This document shows positions 33,860 through 43,419 of a stretch of 64,000 nt of DNA, piece by piece (positions within the stretch are counted from its first letter, which is position 1; every line of letters starts with the position of its first letter). The DNA lies in IMG/VR virus record IMGVR_UViG_3300012944_000005, one strand, 5' to 3'. The position numbers and the translations under genes were made by a program. This DNA comes from a virus. A model generated the notes under the pieces. The model saw only the letters and a list, made by a program, of their open reading frames with translations, did not search any database and was not told the origin of the DNA.

Positions 33860-35117
33860 GGATGTGTATGGATGTTTTGCTGGATTCCTGCTCCAGGTAA
33901 TATCCGCAGCTCACGCAATAGATAAAGCCTTCTCCCTGTTTCACTTGCCCGTCGCAGCGCTTAGCGTGCCCGCCGGTCAATAAATCGGCTTGCCGATAGG
34001 AATAAAGCCGCCAAATGGCTAATGGCGCGTTCAGGACTTCAAGGGTCTCCCACATGGGCTGACGAAAATAGTCGCGGCCCCGAAGCCCGCCGTCTGGCGT
34101 GAGATGCGCATGCCCGCCAGTTTTTAAAAAGGCCATTAATGCCGCATGCGCCCGTTCCGCTTCTTCTTTTGCTAGGCGCCGGACCTCCCGAGATGCCCGC
34201 TCAGCCTCGATCCGCTCGGCTTCCTCCTTGGCCCTACGCTCAGCCTCAATGCGCGCCTTCTCTTGCTGTTCGCGCTTCCATTCGTCGTAAACCTGAAGTC
34301 GCTGTTGCTCGACTTCCTCTTGCCGCCGCTGTTGCTCCTGGCGCAATTCTTCCCTGCGCTTCTCTTCCTGCTCGCGCTGCAATTGGAGCTCATGCTCGCG
34401 TTTAAGTCGCTCCTGCTGAATCCTTAATTGCTCCTGGCGTCGGCGGAATTCGGCCCTCCTCATCTCCTCGGCGCAGGCTTCACAAACGGAAGGCGGCCGA
34501 GGGTAGCTAATCCCGGCGCCGATGGCATCAATGGAAAGAATATGAGCAGCCTCAACATGCCCGAAGTATTCACCTGCCAGCACATGGCTGGCCGAAATCT
34601 CGAACCAGTTCAGGCCCTGGGCCTTAAATTCGCCCTGTTTCTGGTCATCAACGGCATGGGTATGGTAAATCTCTGCCGCGCCGAGAACGGCATTTGACTG
34701 ATCCAGGCAAGCAATATCGGGGCGGCGCCTACCAATGGTCCATTCCGGCTCTGCGTGATCATAGTTTTCAATTCTTAGATATGAATACCAGTGGGTACAT
34801 TTACCGCATCGATAGACAAGAGAAGCGGAATGAAAGCCGTTTAGTTTCTGAGTAAGAAACGCCTTCGCGTTCAGATGTACAGCCGACTCGCCTCCCGCCG
34901 CGCTACGGCAAGCGGAGCCCGGCAAATGCCTGAAGTGATCCTCGATATCCCTCTTAGGAAGCACGAGCACGATCTCTTCATTGCATTCTGCGCAGATAAA
35001 GCCATCAGGTCTGCCCTTAGTCGACCCGCGATATTGATCATATTCGCGAATGTTGACCAATCGGCCATCGAATAACGCGAAGCGGACAAGCATCCCCGCT
35101 AGATGAATATCTACCAT
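33840..35117 (-). CDS. CoiA-like nuclease-domain protein with E/R/Q-rich coiled coil
   Basis: ESAVHLNAK...RRRPDIACLD...AAEIYHTH pattern as in the CoiA-like family. Residues ~225-330 are EQ/ER-rich repeats. C-terminal Cys-containing domain. Confidence 0.5.
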   Translation of the reverse strand: MVDIHLAGMLVRFALFDGRLVNIREYDQYRGSTKGRPDGFICAECNEEIVLVLPKRDIEDHFRHLPGSACRSAAGGESAVHLNAKAFLTQKLNGFHSASLVYRCGKCTHWYSYLRIENYDHAEPEWTIGRRRPDIACLDQSNAVLGAAEIYHTHAVDDQKQGEFKAQGLNWFEISASHVLAGEYFGHVEAAHILSIDAIGAGISYPRPPSVCEACAEEMRRAEFRRRQEQLRIQQERLKREHELQLQREQEEKRREELRQEQQRRQEEVEQQRLQVYDEWKREQQEKARIEAERRAKEEAERIEAERASREVRRLAKEEAERAHAALMAFLKTGGHAHLTPDGGLRGRDYFRQPMWETLEVLNAPLAIWRLYSYRQADLLTGGHAKRCDGQVKQGEGFIYCVSCGYYLEQESSKTSIHIHESAVL

Positions 35118-36595
35118 CCTGCCTCCTCGGCATACTGCTTCCAGTCTCCCGGCCGCTCCTTCTTTTCGCCCGATTTAGCCTTGCGGCTGCGATTTCCATC
35201 CCCATTGACACGTTCCCGCGACCGTTCTGGTTTTCCCGCTGGATGAGCCTCAACCGCCGCGCTTTCAAACCGCGATTGCTCTCCAAAGAAGACCAGGTTG
35301 ATCGCTACATCCTTCCTGCCGCCACGATGCTTTGCGATCACAAGCCGCCTGCCTGGGTTCTCTTGATCTTCCCAGTCCTGGGGCATCAGGAACATAACAA
35401 CATCGCTATCCTGCTCAATGGAACCCGACCCCCTAAGATCTGAAAGCTGATAATCTTTATTGGCGCGTTTCGAAAATTCGCGATTCAATTGGCTTAGAAC
35501 GATCACCGGAATGTTATGCATAATCGCGATGCGCTTCAGCGTCCGGCTTATCTCGGCCAGCCGCAAATGCTCGTTCTCGCGCTTATCGTCGGAATCAAGT
35601 AATTGCAGATAATCCACAATCAGAAAATCGAGCCGCTTATATTTCCTGCGGACCTTCGCGACACGCGCCGCTAGGCTATTGGCCGTCACTCTCGAAAATC
35701 CTTCAACATATTCGATAGAGAGCCGCTTGATCTCCTCGGCTTTCTCTCGGACGAATTCCTTTTCCTGGTCGGTCAAATCGCCAGTCTCGATCCTATAGGC
35801 GTTAAGTTGCGTGAAGGTTGAAAGAGTCTTGATCATCAACTCGTCGGTCGACATTTCCAGCGAGATAATCAATCCGACTCGGGGGCCATCAGGCCCAGCC
35901 TCAGATACGATTCGCTGTCCGAAATTAAGCGCGAGGGTTGTTTTGCCGATGCCTGTCCCCGCCGCGAGGGTATAATATTTCCCGCCGCGGAAGCCGAGCA
36001 GCACTTTGTCCAGATCGGGAAAGCCGGATGGGAGGCCGATCATGCCGCTACCGGCCTCCCATCGCTGCTCCAGTTCGAGCATGGCGCGGCTGGTAGCGGC
36101 CTCGCTGGAAATCAAGTCGTCAATGATCTGATCTTCCGTCAGTTCATCGACTTTGACGCGCAATAGTGGAAGCAGATCGGCTACGCGAGCGTCATTCGCT
36201 GTTGACTCACCGAATAGCCAATTGGCGAGATAGGCTGATTTCCGCAGAATAGCCGCATCCTTGATCAGCCTCACATATGGCGATATGTCGCTAAAGCGCG
36301 GCACGCCGTCGAAGAGTCCGGTTATTGCGACAGGACCGCCGACTCGCTCAAGATTGCCGGCCTTTTCGAGTTCGGACTGAAGGGTCAGCGGATTGATTAC
36401 CCGATTACCGTTCAGATCGCCCCGGTCGATGGCTCGCATTGCCAGGAATATCAGCCGATGCGATTCGACCGAATAATCCTCCATCGCCGTCTGATAGAGC
36501 ACCTGCGGCGCGAGCCCATTATCGAGCATCACGCATCCGAGCGCCATTCTCTCGGCCTCCGGCTCTGAGGGCAGCTTGTCAACTTGGTATATCAA
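35111..36595 (-). CDS. dnaB: replicative DNA helicase DnaB
   Basis: Walker A LAAGTGIGKTTLAL, plus VIVLSQLNREF and LRGSGSIEQDSDVV motifs. N-terminal AERMALGCVML. TTG start overlaps the upstream stop. Confidence 0.85.
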   Translation of the reverse strand: MIYQVDKLPSEPEAERMALGCVMLDNGLAPQVLYQTAMEDYSVESHRLIFLAMRAIDRGDLNGNRVINPLTLQSELEKAGNLERVGGPVAITGLFDGVPRFSDISPYVRLIKDAAILRKSAYLANWLFGESTANDARVADLLPLLRVKVDELTEDQIIDDLISSEAATSRAMLELEQRWEAGSGMIGLPSGFPDLDKVLLGFRGGKYYTLAAGTGIGKTTLALNFGQRIVSEAGPDGPRVGLIISLEMSTDELMIKTLSTFTQLNAYRIETGDLTDQEKEFVREKAEEIKRLSIEYVEGFSRVTANSLAARVAKVRRKYKRLDFLIVDYLQLLDSDDKRENEHLRLAEISRTLKRIAIMHNIPVIVLSQLNREFSKRANKDYQLSDLRGSGSIEQDSDVVMFLMPQDWEDQENPGRRLVIAKHRGGRKDVAINLVFFGEQSRFESAAVEAHPAGKPERSRERVNGDGNRSRKAKSGEKKERPGDWKQYAEEAGW

Positions 36596-37464
36596 CGGAC
36601 ACCTCTCACGCAGTCACATCGCCTAGCCCGAGTCTCCCCTTGAGCGGAATTAGGCCGCAGCCATCCGCCGACACAATTCCCGCAATATTGGCGCTTTGTA
36701 GCGGCGCCGTTCCCGTTAGAGTGCGTCTCGGTATAGTCGTTTAGCGTATTAAGTAGATTAAAGTGACTCATTTGCGAGCGGGGCCATCCGTGCCGATACC
36801 AGGCCCGCCAGCCATCCAGGGTCTCAGCGGTCCACTTCCTGGCCCGCAGTGCGCCAAAAACTTTTTCGAGTTGCGGGCGATTAGCGGCCAGCGCGGGAAA
36901 TAAGTCCTGCAATTTCTCGCCTAACTGCTGAATGGGTGTCATTCCGCCGCCCTGTACAGATTCCACCCCACCAAAACTGCCCGCGCGCGTCTGCGCGTTA
37001 TTCGTCTCCGAATACGTCTCCGTCTCCGTGCGCAATTGACCGGCGCTTGACTGCCTGTTGACGGTCAATGGACGGTCATCTATCTGACTGTCAATCGGCG
37101 GGCTCTCGCCTGCCTGCGATGTGGCGGGAATCGTCGTCCCATCCATTGGCCCCGGAAATTTGCTTTCACTCTGACGCGTCCTCTGTCGAAAGTTCTGGAT
37201 TTCCAGAAACTGCCGGCCCCTGGCATCCACGTAACAGCGAATCAAACCGGACTTCTCGCACGCAGCGGTCCATCGGGAAATGTCGGTGTCGCGTATCTCT
37301 GGCAGGAGTGGGAACAGGTTGGCTTTCAACAGGCGAGGGTCAGCATGAAAGCGTCCGAAGTCGTCAACTTTCATAATCAGCCGAACGAAGAATCTCTCTG
37401 CGAGCGCATCGAGTTCGTTTATTGAATAAGAATCAGTCCAGTCTCTGAGGATTCGATTCGGCAT
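36592..37464 (-). CDS. replication initiation / replisome-organizer-like protein
   Basis: N-terminus MPNRILRDWTDSYSINELDALAERFFVRLIMKVDDFGRF. Coupled to dnaB. C-terminal CGNC...CDC cysteines. Confidence 0.4.
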   Translation of the reverse strand: MPNRILRDWTDSYSINELDALAERFFVRLIMKVDDFGRFHADPRLLKANLFPLLPEIRDTDISRWTAACEKSGLIRCYVDARGRQFLEIQNFRQRTRQSESKFPGPMDGTTIPATSQAGESPPIDSQIDDRPLTVNRQSSAGQLRTETETYSETNNAQTRAGSFGGVESVQGGGMTPIQQLGEKLQDLFPALAANRPQLEKVFGALRARKWTAETLDGWRAWYRHGWPRSQMSHFNLLNTLNDYTETHSNGNGAATKRQYCGNCVGGWLRPNSAQGETRARRCDCVRGVR

Positions 37465-37570
37465 TTGGATTAAGTATTATTGCGCATCCTGATAATTGGT
37501 CCCTAAAGTCGAGAGCAACGCGGGCTGCTCTGCATGAAAAACCGAAAGCCGTTATTTATTTTTAGAGCAG

Positions 37571-37840
37571 TCAACACACCGTCAACGTCTCGCTCACTTG
37601 CACTTTGGCCTTAGCGGTCTTCTTACCGGCCTCTAAGACGCGAAATTTCACATCCCGCATCTTCAACTTCTCCAGCAGTTCCCCGATTCCCTTCTCTGTA
37701 ATTCCTCTCACTTCCAGCCACGGCCAATCCGCCAGCACAAGATGAACTTTCGGATTGAGCGCCACGATCTCGGCGCGCAGTTCGTCGGCCTCGATCGGCG
37801 TCAGGTACGGGCGGGAAAGTTGGAGAAGGATGCTTGGCAT
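37571..37840 (-). CDS. hypothetical protein (89 aa)
   Basis: ATG 37840 overlaps the upstream stop (TAATG). Confidence 0.4.
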   Translation of the reverse strand: MPSILLQLSRPYLTPIEADELRAEIVALNPKVHLVLADWPWLEVRGITEKGIGELLEKLKMRDVKFRVLEAGKKTAKAKVQVSETLTVC

Positions 37841-38262
37841 TAAGCCAACACCTCCTGCGGAATCCACATCCCGCCCTTCCATTGAAACAACCAGAACTCA
37901 AATTCCGGATAGCAATTCGCGGCCATCTTCAGCGCCGAAATACCGGCTTCCCTCTGGCGCGGCCGTCCACCTTTGATCTCCCATAAGATCAGCTTGCCCG
38001 CCGGAAACCTGATCGCGCTCCAATCCGCTGTATACCGCAGTCCGTTTGCCAGTTTCAGCGTGATCGCCTCGTATCTATAGGCTCCAATCTGGCCAGCGGC
38101 ATACATTGGGTGAAGCTTCTCAATCTCAAACCTCTTCTCCGTCTTATTCGGCTCGCGCCGCGACTGGCGAATCACCCGCTTCCCCCCGGACAGAGGTAAC
38201 TCGCCAGCGGCCATAGCGCGGCGCGAAATCAATGCGTTGTATTCGTCTTCGGAGAGTTTCAT
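37840..38262 (-). CDS. DUF1064-like PD-(D/E)xK nuclease (resolvase-like)
   Basis: NKTEKRFEIEKL...YTADW...LWEIKGG pattern. Confidence 0.5.
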   Translation of the reverse strand: MKLSEDEYNALISRRAMAAGELPLSGGKRVIRQSRREPNKTEKRFEIEKLHPMYAAGQIGAYRYEAITLKLANGLRYTADWSAIRFPAGKLILWEIKGGRPRQREAGISALKMAANCYPEFEFWLFQWKGGMWIPQEVLA

Positions 38263-38420
38263 TGAAACTGTCTTGCCTCTTGCCGCTTCATTGCGCCGAC
38301 TAGATAATTGGTCTCTTCCGACGTTAGCCGGCGGCCCTTAGTCCGCTTTGCGTTGCGGATGGCCCGCTTGCGCAGTTCGCGCTGCATCTTCCGAAGTTGT
38401 TTTTGTCTGTGTTTACTCAT
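38259..38420 (-). CDS. small basic protein (53 aa)
   Basis: Manual translation gives MSKHRQKQLRKMQRELRKRAIRNAK... ATGA overlap with the downstream gene. Below the ORF-track length cutoff. Confidence 0.35.
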   Translation of the reverse strand: MSKHRQKQLRKMQRELRKRAIRNAKRTKGRRLTSEETNYLVGAMKRQEARQFQ

Positions 38421-38424
38421 AGGC

Positions 38425-38637
38425 TTAACTAAAAGGACAGTCGTAATCGCATTGTTCAGTTCCAGCTAGCGAGCAGTAACCATCGAGATCCTTGCCGCAC
38501 TCGGCCATCAGTTCTTCGATTGCGTCGTCGTCAGTGAATCGCTCGTCCTCGTTAAAGTCGTAATTGCACTCAGCGTGCTCCTTCCGCTCTGCGATCGCGC
38601 GATTCAATCTCGCATCCGGCCTCATATCTTTAGCCAT
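38425..38637 (-). CDS. hypothetical acidic Cys-containing protein (70 aa)
   Basis: ORF in the tightly packed early operon. Confidence 0.4.
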   Translation of the reverse strand: MAKDMRPDARLNRAIAERKEHAECNYDFNEDERFTDDDAIEELMAECGKDLDGYCSLAGTEQCDYDCPFS

Positions 38638-38640
38638 ATC

Positions 38641-38832
38641 TCAAACCTCCCACTGCTGCCACTCTGTAATCGGCTGTAGGGATTCCTCTATCTCGAATGA
38701 ATACCGCAGCGCCGCCGTCTCCAACTCGTCACAGTCCACGCAAGTCGGCTCTGGATAGTCGGACTGCGCGGAAACTTCTTTGCCGCAGAAGCGACAAGGG
38801 ACGCGCACGGTTGTAGTTTCGGGTTTCGGCAT
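38641..38832 (-). CDS. small zinc-ribbon protein
   Basis: CRFCG...CVDC pattern. 63 aa. Confidence 0.4.
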   Translation of the reverse strand: MPKPETTTVRVPCRFCGKEVSAQSDYPEPTCVDCDELETAALRYSFEIEESLQPITEWQQWEV

Positions 38833-39366
38833 TCAGACCTCCTGCCTTGCCAACCATCGCAGCACTTCCCTTGCCGCCTTCGCGTCGCCGAGTGCCCTAT
38901 GTCCGCCCGGCTCGACGCCGATGTTGTGGCAAACGGTTTCGAGCCGCTGCCAGCGGTCAAAGCCGTGGAATTCCATCCAGGCGTTCATCAAACAGTGCCA
39001 TTCGTGGTTGCGGGCCTCGGGGCCAAATGTCTGCTCGATCATCCGGGAATCGAATGGCGCGTTATAGGCGAGCAGGGCCGAGCCGCAAATGATCTGATGA
39101 ACGAGCGGCCATAATTCATCGGCCGCTATCGCCTGATCGGCCATCTCGGTTGTAATGCCGTGAATGTTCGTCGCGGCTGGCGGGATCGGCTTCGAAAGCT
39201 TGACCAATGATGCAAACTCCAACGTGTAGGCCGCGTCAACAATCGCAATCTCAACGATCTGGTCATCTTCGCCGAGACCAGTCGTTTCCGTATCGATGAT
39301 CAAGGCTTTGCTCGCGATAAATCGCTGCGCCCATTCTACGATTCGTTTCTTGCGGTCATCGGACAT
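38833..39366 (-). CDS. DnaQ-like 3'-5' exonuclease (DEDDh)
   Basis: ExoI LIIDTETTGL, ExoII LLAYNAPFDSRMI, ExoIII HRALGDAKAA. Confidence 0.75.
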   Translation of the reverse strand: MSDDRKKRIVEWAQRFIASKALIIDTETTGLGEDDQIVEIAIVDAAYTLEFASLVKLSKPIPPAATNIHGITTEMADQAIAADELWPLVHQIICGSALLAYNAPFDSRMIEQTFGPEARNHEWHCLMNAWMEFHGFDRWQRLETVCHNIGVEPGGHRALGDAKAAREVLRWLARQEV

Positions 39367-39862
39367 TCGCGCTCACCTCCCTCTCTGCCGGTATCTCAAC
39401 CGCCTTCTCTTCCAACTCCAGCGATAACACCTCGACTCGAAGCCCCTCGTGGAAGAGCTGCACGAGCTGAGTTCTGCCGTTCGCGAATTTGAACGCATCG
39501 CGATACCTGAACGGCTCGAAGGTGAGCTGAACAAAAGTCACTTCCTCGACCTCGTCGACGTCGAGTTCCTGCCGTGCCCCCAAAGGAATCCCACTAAGCA
39601 TCAGCTTCGCGCCCGGCGGAACGCAGATGGCCGGCAGGTAATAGGATTCCTGACCTGAGACCACGCGCTGGGCCTCTCTGACCCGATGAGCTATCCGGCC
39701 GAAGAATCCCGTCCCCGCCGGCGCCGGCCTGACGGTCTTCAGCGAGTTGAAGTCCGCGACCGCGGCGAGCCCTTTCGAGCTGGTATGAAACGTGTTAACG
39801 AATAACTGCTCGCCGTCAAAGGCGAGCCGATTCTTGATCCCGTGTAGGCTGTAATCGCACAT
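39356..39862 (-). CDS. hypothetical protein
   Basis: Start chosen at MCDYSLHG (ATG 39862) with AAGGAG upstream. Alternative ATG at 39901. Confidence 0.4.
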   Translation of the reverse strand: MCDYSLHGIKNRLAFDGEQLFVNTFHTSSKGLAAVADFNSLKTVRPAPAGTGFFGRIAHRVREAQRVVSGQESYYLPAICVPPGAKLMLSGIPLGARQELDVDEVEEVTFVQLTFEPFRYRDAFKFANGRTQLVQLFHEGLRVEVLSLELEEKAVEIPAEREVSANVR

Positions 39863-39879
39863 ATTGCTTTGCTCCTTTT

Positions 39880-40056
39880 CTATCTGATAATCCGCAGCCA
39901 TTGCCGCTCGATTTCGACTGAGTCCCTACGGAACTTGCTCCACGCCTTTACATCCGCATGTGTCAGTGGCTTCTTGATCGTCACGGCCTTCGGCGGCTCT
40001 TTCGCCGGCGCGGGTTCGGATTGCTCAAGTTGGGGTTTGGGGGATTTCTTCGTCAT
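39880..40056 (-). CDS. small Pro/Lys-rich protein (58 aa)
   Basis: Manual translation gives MTKKSPKPQLEQSEPAPAKEPPKAVTIKKPL... GAGGTGAG RBS. Below the ORF-track cutoff. Confidence 0.35.
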   Translation of the reverse strand: MTKKSPKPQLEQSEPAPAKEPPKAVTIKKPLTHADVKAWSKFRRDSVEIERQWLRIIR

Positions 40057-40059
40057 AAC

Positions 40060-40419
40060 TCACCTCTGTTGGACGTAGACGATGGCGTCAGGCCAGCAGC
40101 CCGATTCGTATTGTCTCGGGGAATATTCCGGATTGAGCGTCACCTTGAAGCAATGCCGCCCCGCGACCGTGTAACTGCGCACCTCAACAACGCGCGCCTC
40201 GCGAATGGCGAGTTCATGCTCGGCAACTAACACCGTGTCCCCTACCCGAACGTCTGACCAGTGCGCCTTGCAAAAGGGCCTCTTCACTGAGTCCTCCAGC
40301 TCGGCGACGCGCAACGCAGCGTTGTATTCAGCCGGCGTGATCTCGTTGGCGGCGTAAGCGCTGCTCAGTGTGGCCTTGTAAGGGATCGCTTCAGCGCCGG
40401 TTCCAAAAGTAGATAGCAT
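40060..40419 (-). CDS. hypothetical protein (119 aa)
   Basis: ORF in the early operon. Confidence 0.4.
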   Translation of the reverse strand: MLSTFGTGAEAIPYKATLSSAYAANEITPAEYNAALRVAELEDSVKRPFCKAHWSDVRVGDTVLVAEHELAIREARVVEVRSYTVAGRHCFKVTLNPEYSPRQYESGCWPDAIVYVQQR

Positions 40420-40427
40420 TGGTTCTC

Positions 40428-40955
40428 CTATTTAATACGGAGGTGATTTCCACGCTCACTAATAGCGCAACCGTTAATCTCTTCGCCCGCCTCGAGCGCT
40501 TCACGGATCGCCTGTTTGTCGAGTTCGATCACCCGGCGATGAAAAGCCTCCGGCGCGGTCGACGGCAGCGCTTCCCACATCTCCGGCACGACGAGCGGCG
40601 ACTTGCCTCCATTGGCCTGCACGCTGATGCGGAATCGCGGCGTGTCGAGCTTCTTGATCTCGTGCAGTTCGAAGAAGAGCTTTAGCCGCTCTTTCAGGCG
40701 CTTTACGTTGTTGGCGTCCGAGCCTGCAAGCGCCATCAGACGTTTCGCCTCGACCTCGCGAGCGTCGGCGCGGGCATCAAGTTCGCGGATCAACGCAGCG
40801 TAGTTGTCGATCTTCGTGTCGCGTTCGGCGCCCAGAGTGTCGAACCAATCCTGCAGCGCGGCCCCGGCCTCGTCTTCCGTTATCTCGCCGCCGGCTAGCG
40901 CCAACATCTCTTCGAGCGCCAACAGATCGTCCGAAATCTCAAACAGTGACCGCAT
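40428..40955 (-). CDS. Siphovirus Gp157-like protein
   Basis: MRSLFEISDDLLALEEML...IDNYAALIRELDARADAREVEAKRL...PRFRISVQ matches the Gp157 family pattern. AAGGAGGAG RBS. Confidence 0.55.
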   Translation of the reverse strand: MRSLFEISDDLLALEEMLALAGGEITEDEAGAALQDWFDTLGAERDTKIDNYAALIRELDARADAREVEAKRLMALAGSDANNVKRLKERLKLFFELHEIKKLDTPRFRISVQANGGKSPLVVPEMWEALPSTAPEAFHRRVIELDKQAIREALEAGEEINGCAISERGNHLRIK

Positions 40956-41135
40956 TTCGCTCCTCCTTTTCGCACTGACCACTGATCATCCCGATCTCGC
41001 TCTTGTTCTCCATGACGGTTTTAAAAACAGCCTCAGTGAGCGACTCGCGCTCCTGGTCGGTCGTTCGCGTCGCGTTGTCGGCCAGCGTCTTCGCCAGCGC
41101 GCATAGCGCCTTGGCGGTTTGATTGACTGATCTCA
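40939..41135 (-). CDS. hypothetical protein (65 aa)
   Basis: Start at MRSVNQT with AAAGGAGAAA upstream. Confidence 0.35.
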
Positions 41136-41527
41136 TTGGGTTTCTCCTTTGGCTTCGGTTTTGGCTTTGTCGAGGACGTCGCGAATGCGCCCTAGCAGTG
41201 CGACGTTGTTTTCGTAATCCTTGTGGTTGCAAAATCCGACCGGTAGTAGGCTGATGGCCGTCGCAAGCTCGCGCTCGCACTCTTCCAGCGCTTCCAGCAG
41301 TGCATCGTGCGCGTTGTACGCCCTCACGACCTTATCGGCGAACGCTTTCGCCGTAGCATCGATCTCTTCGGTCTGCGCTGGGAATCCAAATTCCTCAGCG
41401 TTGAAGATCGTGCCGGCTGTGGTTCCGCCTGGCCCTTCCCCTTCGAACAAGAAGATCGTGTCGCCCAGGTCCTGCTGTTGATATTGCGCTGAGTGGTGAA
41501 TTGACTCCGGAATCTTGATGTCGCTCA
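41133..41527 (-). CDS. hypothetical protein (131 aa)
   Basis: Start at MSDIKIPE (ATG 41527) with GGAGGG RBS. Confidence 0.4.
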
Positions 41528-41596
41528 TAGAAGTATTCCCTCCATTGGCTGTGTCAGCTCCCTTCAACGGCTCTCCCGTTGAATTGCTACCGCAAG

Positions 41597-41932
41597 TCAT
41601 CTTGCGCGGTCTGCGCAAAGCAGCTCGAAGTACCAGCCGCATTTCAGACACAGGTAAAGGTTGTTGCGTTCGTGGCCGGCGATTTCGCCGGCGCAGGCGT
41701 CCCACGGACAGGCTTTTAGCTTGCGCCCGTGGACGGTCATCGGCCTGCGAATCGAGCCGTGTGGCGGAAGCGTCAAGAGCGCGAGCATTTCGGCTTTGAC
41801 CTCCGCGACCTGAGCGCGGTCGGCGTCAGTGATGACGCCTTTCCGATCCGCGCTCAACTTCACCTTATCGCCATCCGCCCAGACGTGGACGCCGCGCTCT
41901 CCGAGGTTGTTGATGATTTCGGTTGCGGTCAT
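41597..41932 (-). CDS. hypothetical protein with C-terminal zinc-ribbon
   Basis: Start at MTATEIINNLGERGVHVW (ATGA overlap). C-terminal CPWDAC...CLKCG. Confidence 0.4.
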   Translation of the reverse strand: MTATEIINNLGERGVHVWADGDKVKLSADRKGVITDADRAQVAEVKAEMLALLTLPPHGSIRRPMTVHGRKLKACPWDACAGEIAGHERNNLYLCLKCGWYFELLCADRAR

Positions 41933-42894
41933 ACGCTCACCGTCTCGGTCTCCTGGACAGGCTCGGCGGTCGCGGCGTTGGCGGCTGCGGCCTTTTGCCA
42001 AATGGCAAGCATGGTCTCCAGTTCGTCCGGGGTTTTGTCCGAGAGCTTCATCTGATAGGCGTTCCAGTCGGTTTCCGTTTTCCCTTGTGACAAATAGACA
42101 TCACGCAGGTCGCCGATAATTGATTTACGAGCCTCTTCGTAGGCAGGATCAACCGCAGGCGCTACGGGCTTGGGCGCAGGCTCGGCCTGCCTCACTGGCT
42201 CAGGCACCGCGCCGTCCGACAGCCACGCGACGAGGATTTCGGCGAGCTCGCGACCGGGTTTCTTGAAGGTCTTCCCGTCGAGTTTGGCGCAGCGGGTCTT
42301 AGTGATGACGCCGACGTGATCGATGTCAAGTTCCATCGCCACGTCATGCTCATAGTCCATGCCTTCTCTTTGGATTGGGGCCATCCCGACCTTGCGCACC
42401 ACCGTCTGGCCGCGCTCGTTCTGTTCCTGGACGTAATCAATCTTCGATCGCATCGTGGTGATGACGTGGCATCTCGACCGAACGATCGTGTCGATGAACC
42501 GGGTATGCAGCGGTGTCACATCTGCCCAGGCCGTGTAACTGTTCTTGGTTTTCTGCTTGCGGATAGCGGCTTCGTGGAGCTCGAGAATGCCATCCTTTGA
42601 GTTCCATTCGTGCGTGAGCGAGTCGATGATCAACACGTCATATCCGGCTTTCTCCGCCGCCTCAATTGCTTCCATGTAGTTATCCGGATGGAAGTTTTCG
42701 AGTTCGATAACATCAAACTCGAAGATGTCTGAATATTTACTTGCTGAGCCGCGTTCGGTGTCAATGAGGGCGATTCTGCCCAGGTGCATGCCGATATTCA
42801 GGGCGGTATAGGTCTTGCCACTGCCCGACGATCCCGCGATTGACAGTCTCAGCCTGCTTTGCTTTTTCGTGGCCTTACGAAACTGAATTGCCAT
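41929..42894 (-). CDS. AAA_24/Sak4-like recombination ATPase
   Basis: Walker A IAGSSGSGKTYTAL and Walker B VLIIDSLTHEW. Confidence 0.6.
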   Translation of the reverse strand: MAIQFRKATKKQSRLRLSIAGSSGSGKTYTALNIGMHLGRIALIDTERGSASKYSDIFEFDVIELENFHPDNYMEAIEAAEKAGYDVLIIDSLTHEWNSKDGILELHEAAIRKQKTKNSYTAWADVTPLHTRFIDTIVRSRCHVITTMRSKIDYVQEQNERGQTVVRKVGMAPIQREGMDYEHDVAMELDIDHVGVITKTRCAKLDGKTFKKPGRELAEILVAWLSDGAVPEPVRQAEPAPKPVAPAVDPAYEEARKSIIGDLRDVYLSQGKTETDWNAYQMKLSDKTPDELETMLAIWQKAAAANAATAEPVQETETVSV

Positions 42895-42898
42895 TGCT

Positions 42899-43225
42899 TT
42901 ATCTCCCTAAAAAACCGGAGCCGCCGTTGCGCGACGGCCCCGCAGTTTCCACAGCGCCGCTTAAAGGCGCGGTCATTCGAACAAGCTGCCTGGATTGCTC
43001 GGCGGTGGCCGGCAGCGGGGCCGTTCCGCTAAGATTGATAGATCGAGACCGGAGAAGGAGGCCGCGAATATTCGAGATCACCTTCTCTTGCGCTCCGAGT
43101 CGGCGATCGCTCATTTTCAGTTGCCCGCAGGCAGCCTTTAACGCGGCGCGGATTTCGCGAGTGCGGCAGAGATGGAAGGCGGCGCCGATTACGAGTCCGA
43201 TGAAAATGCCGAGAATGAGAGTCAT
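42899..43225 (-). CDS. small membrane-anchored protein
   Basis: N-terminal TM segment MTLILGIFIGLVIGAAF. Confidence 0.35.
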   Translation of the reverse strand: MTLILGIFIGLVIGAAFHLCRTREIRAALKAACGQLKMSDRRLGAQEKVISNIRGLLLRSRSINLSGTAPLPATAEQSRQLVRMTAPLSGAVETAGPSRNGGSGFLGR

Positions 43226-43419
43226 GGTTTTTTCTTTTTCGTCTTCTCTTCTGTCCCTGTTCTCTGTGACGGCAAAGCGCCGCGTTCATTGTTCAAAAAG
43301 TCGGCGTAGTCTTCCGCGCGCTTCTGGGCTGGTGTGACAACGTTTACGGCCACTGCTTTCTTGCCGTACTTGCCCTTGACGCGGAACTTTCTCGGTTCAC
43401 TCATGTCGTATCTGTCCAT
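43222..43419 (-). CDS. small basic protein (65 aa)
   Basis: ORF coupled to its neighbours. Confidence 0.35.
   Translation of the reverse strand: MDRYDMSEPRKFRVKGKYGKKAVAVNVVTPAQKRAEDYADFLNNERGALPSQRTGTEEKTKKKKP

Noticed and set aside
34100-34430. Repetitive DNA in the CoiA-like gene as a possible repeat array
   Set aside because: The imperfect repeats follow codon periodicity and encode an E/R/Q-rich coiled coil. There is no spacer-repeat structure.
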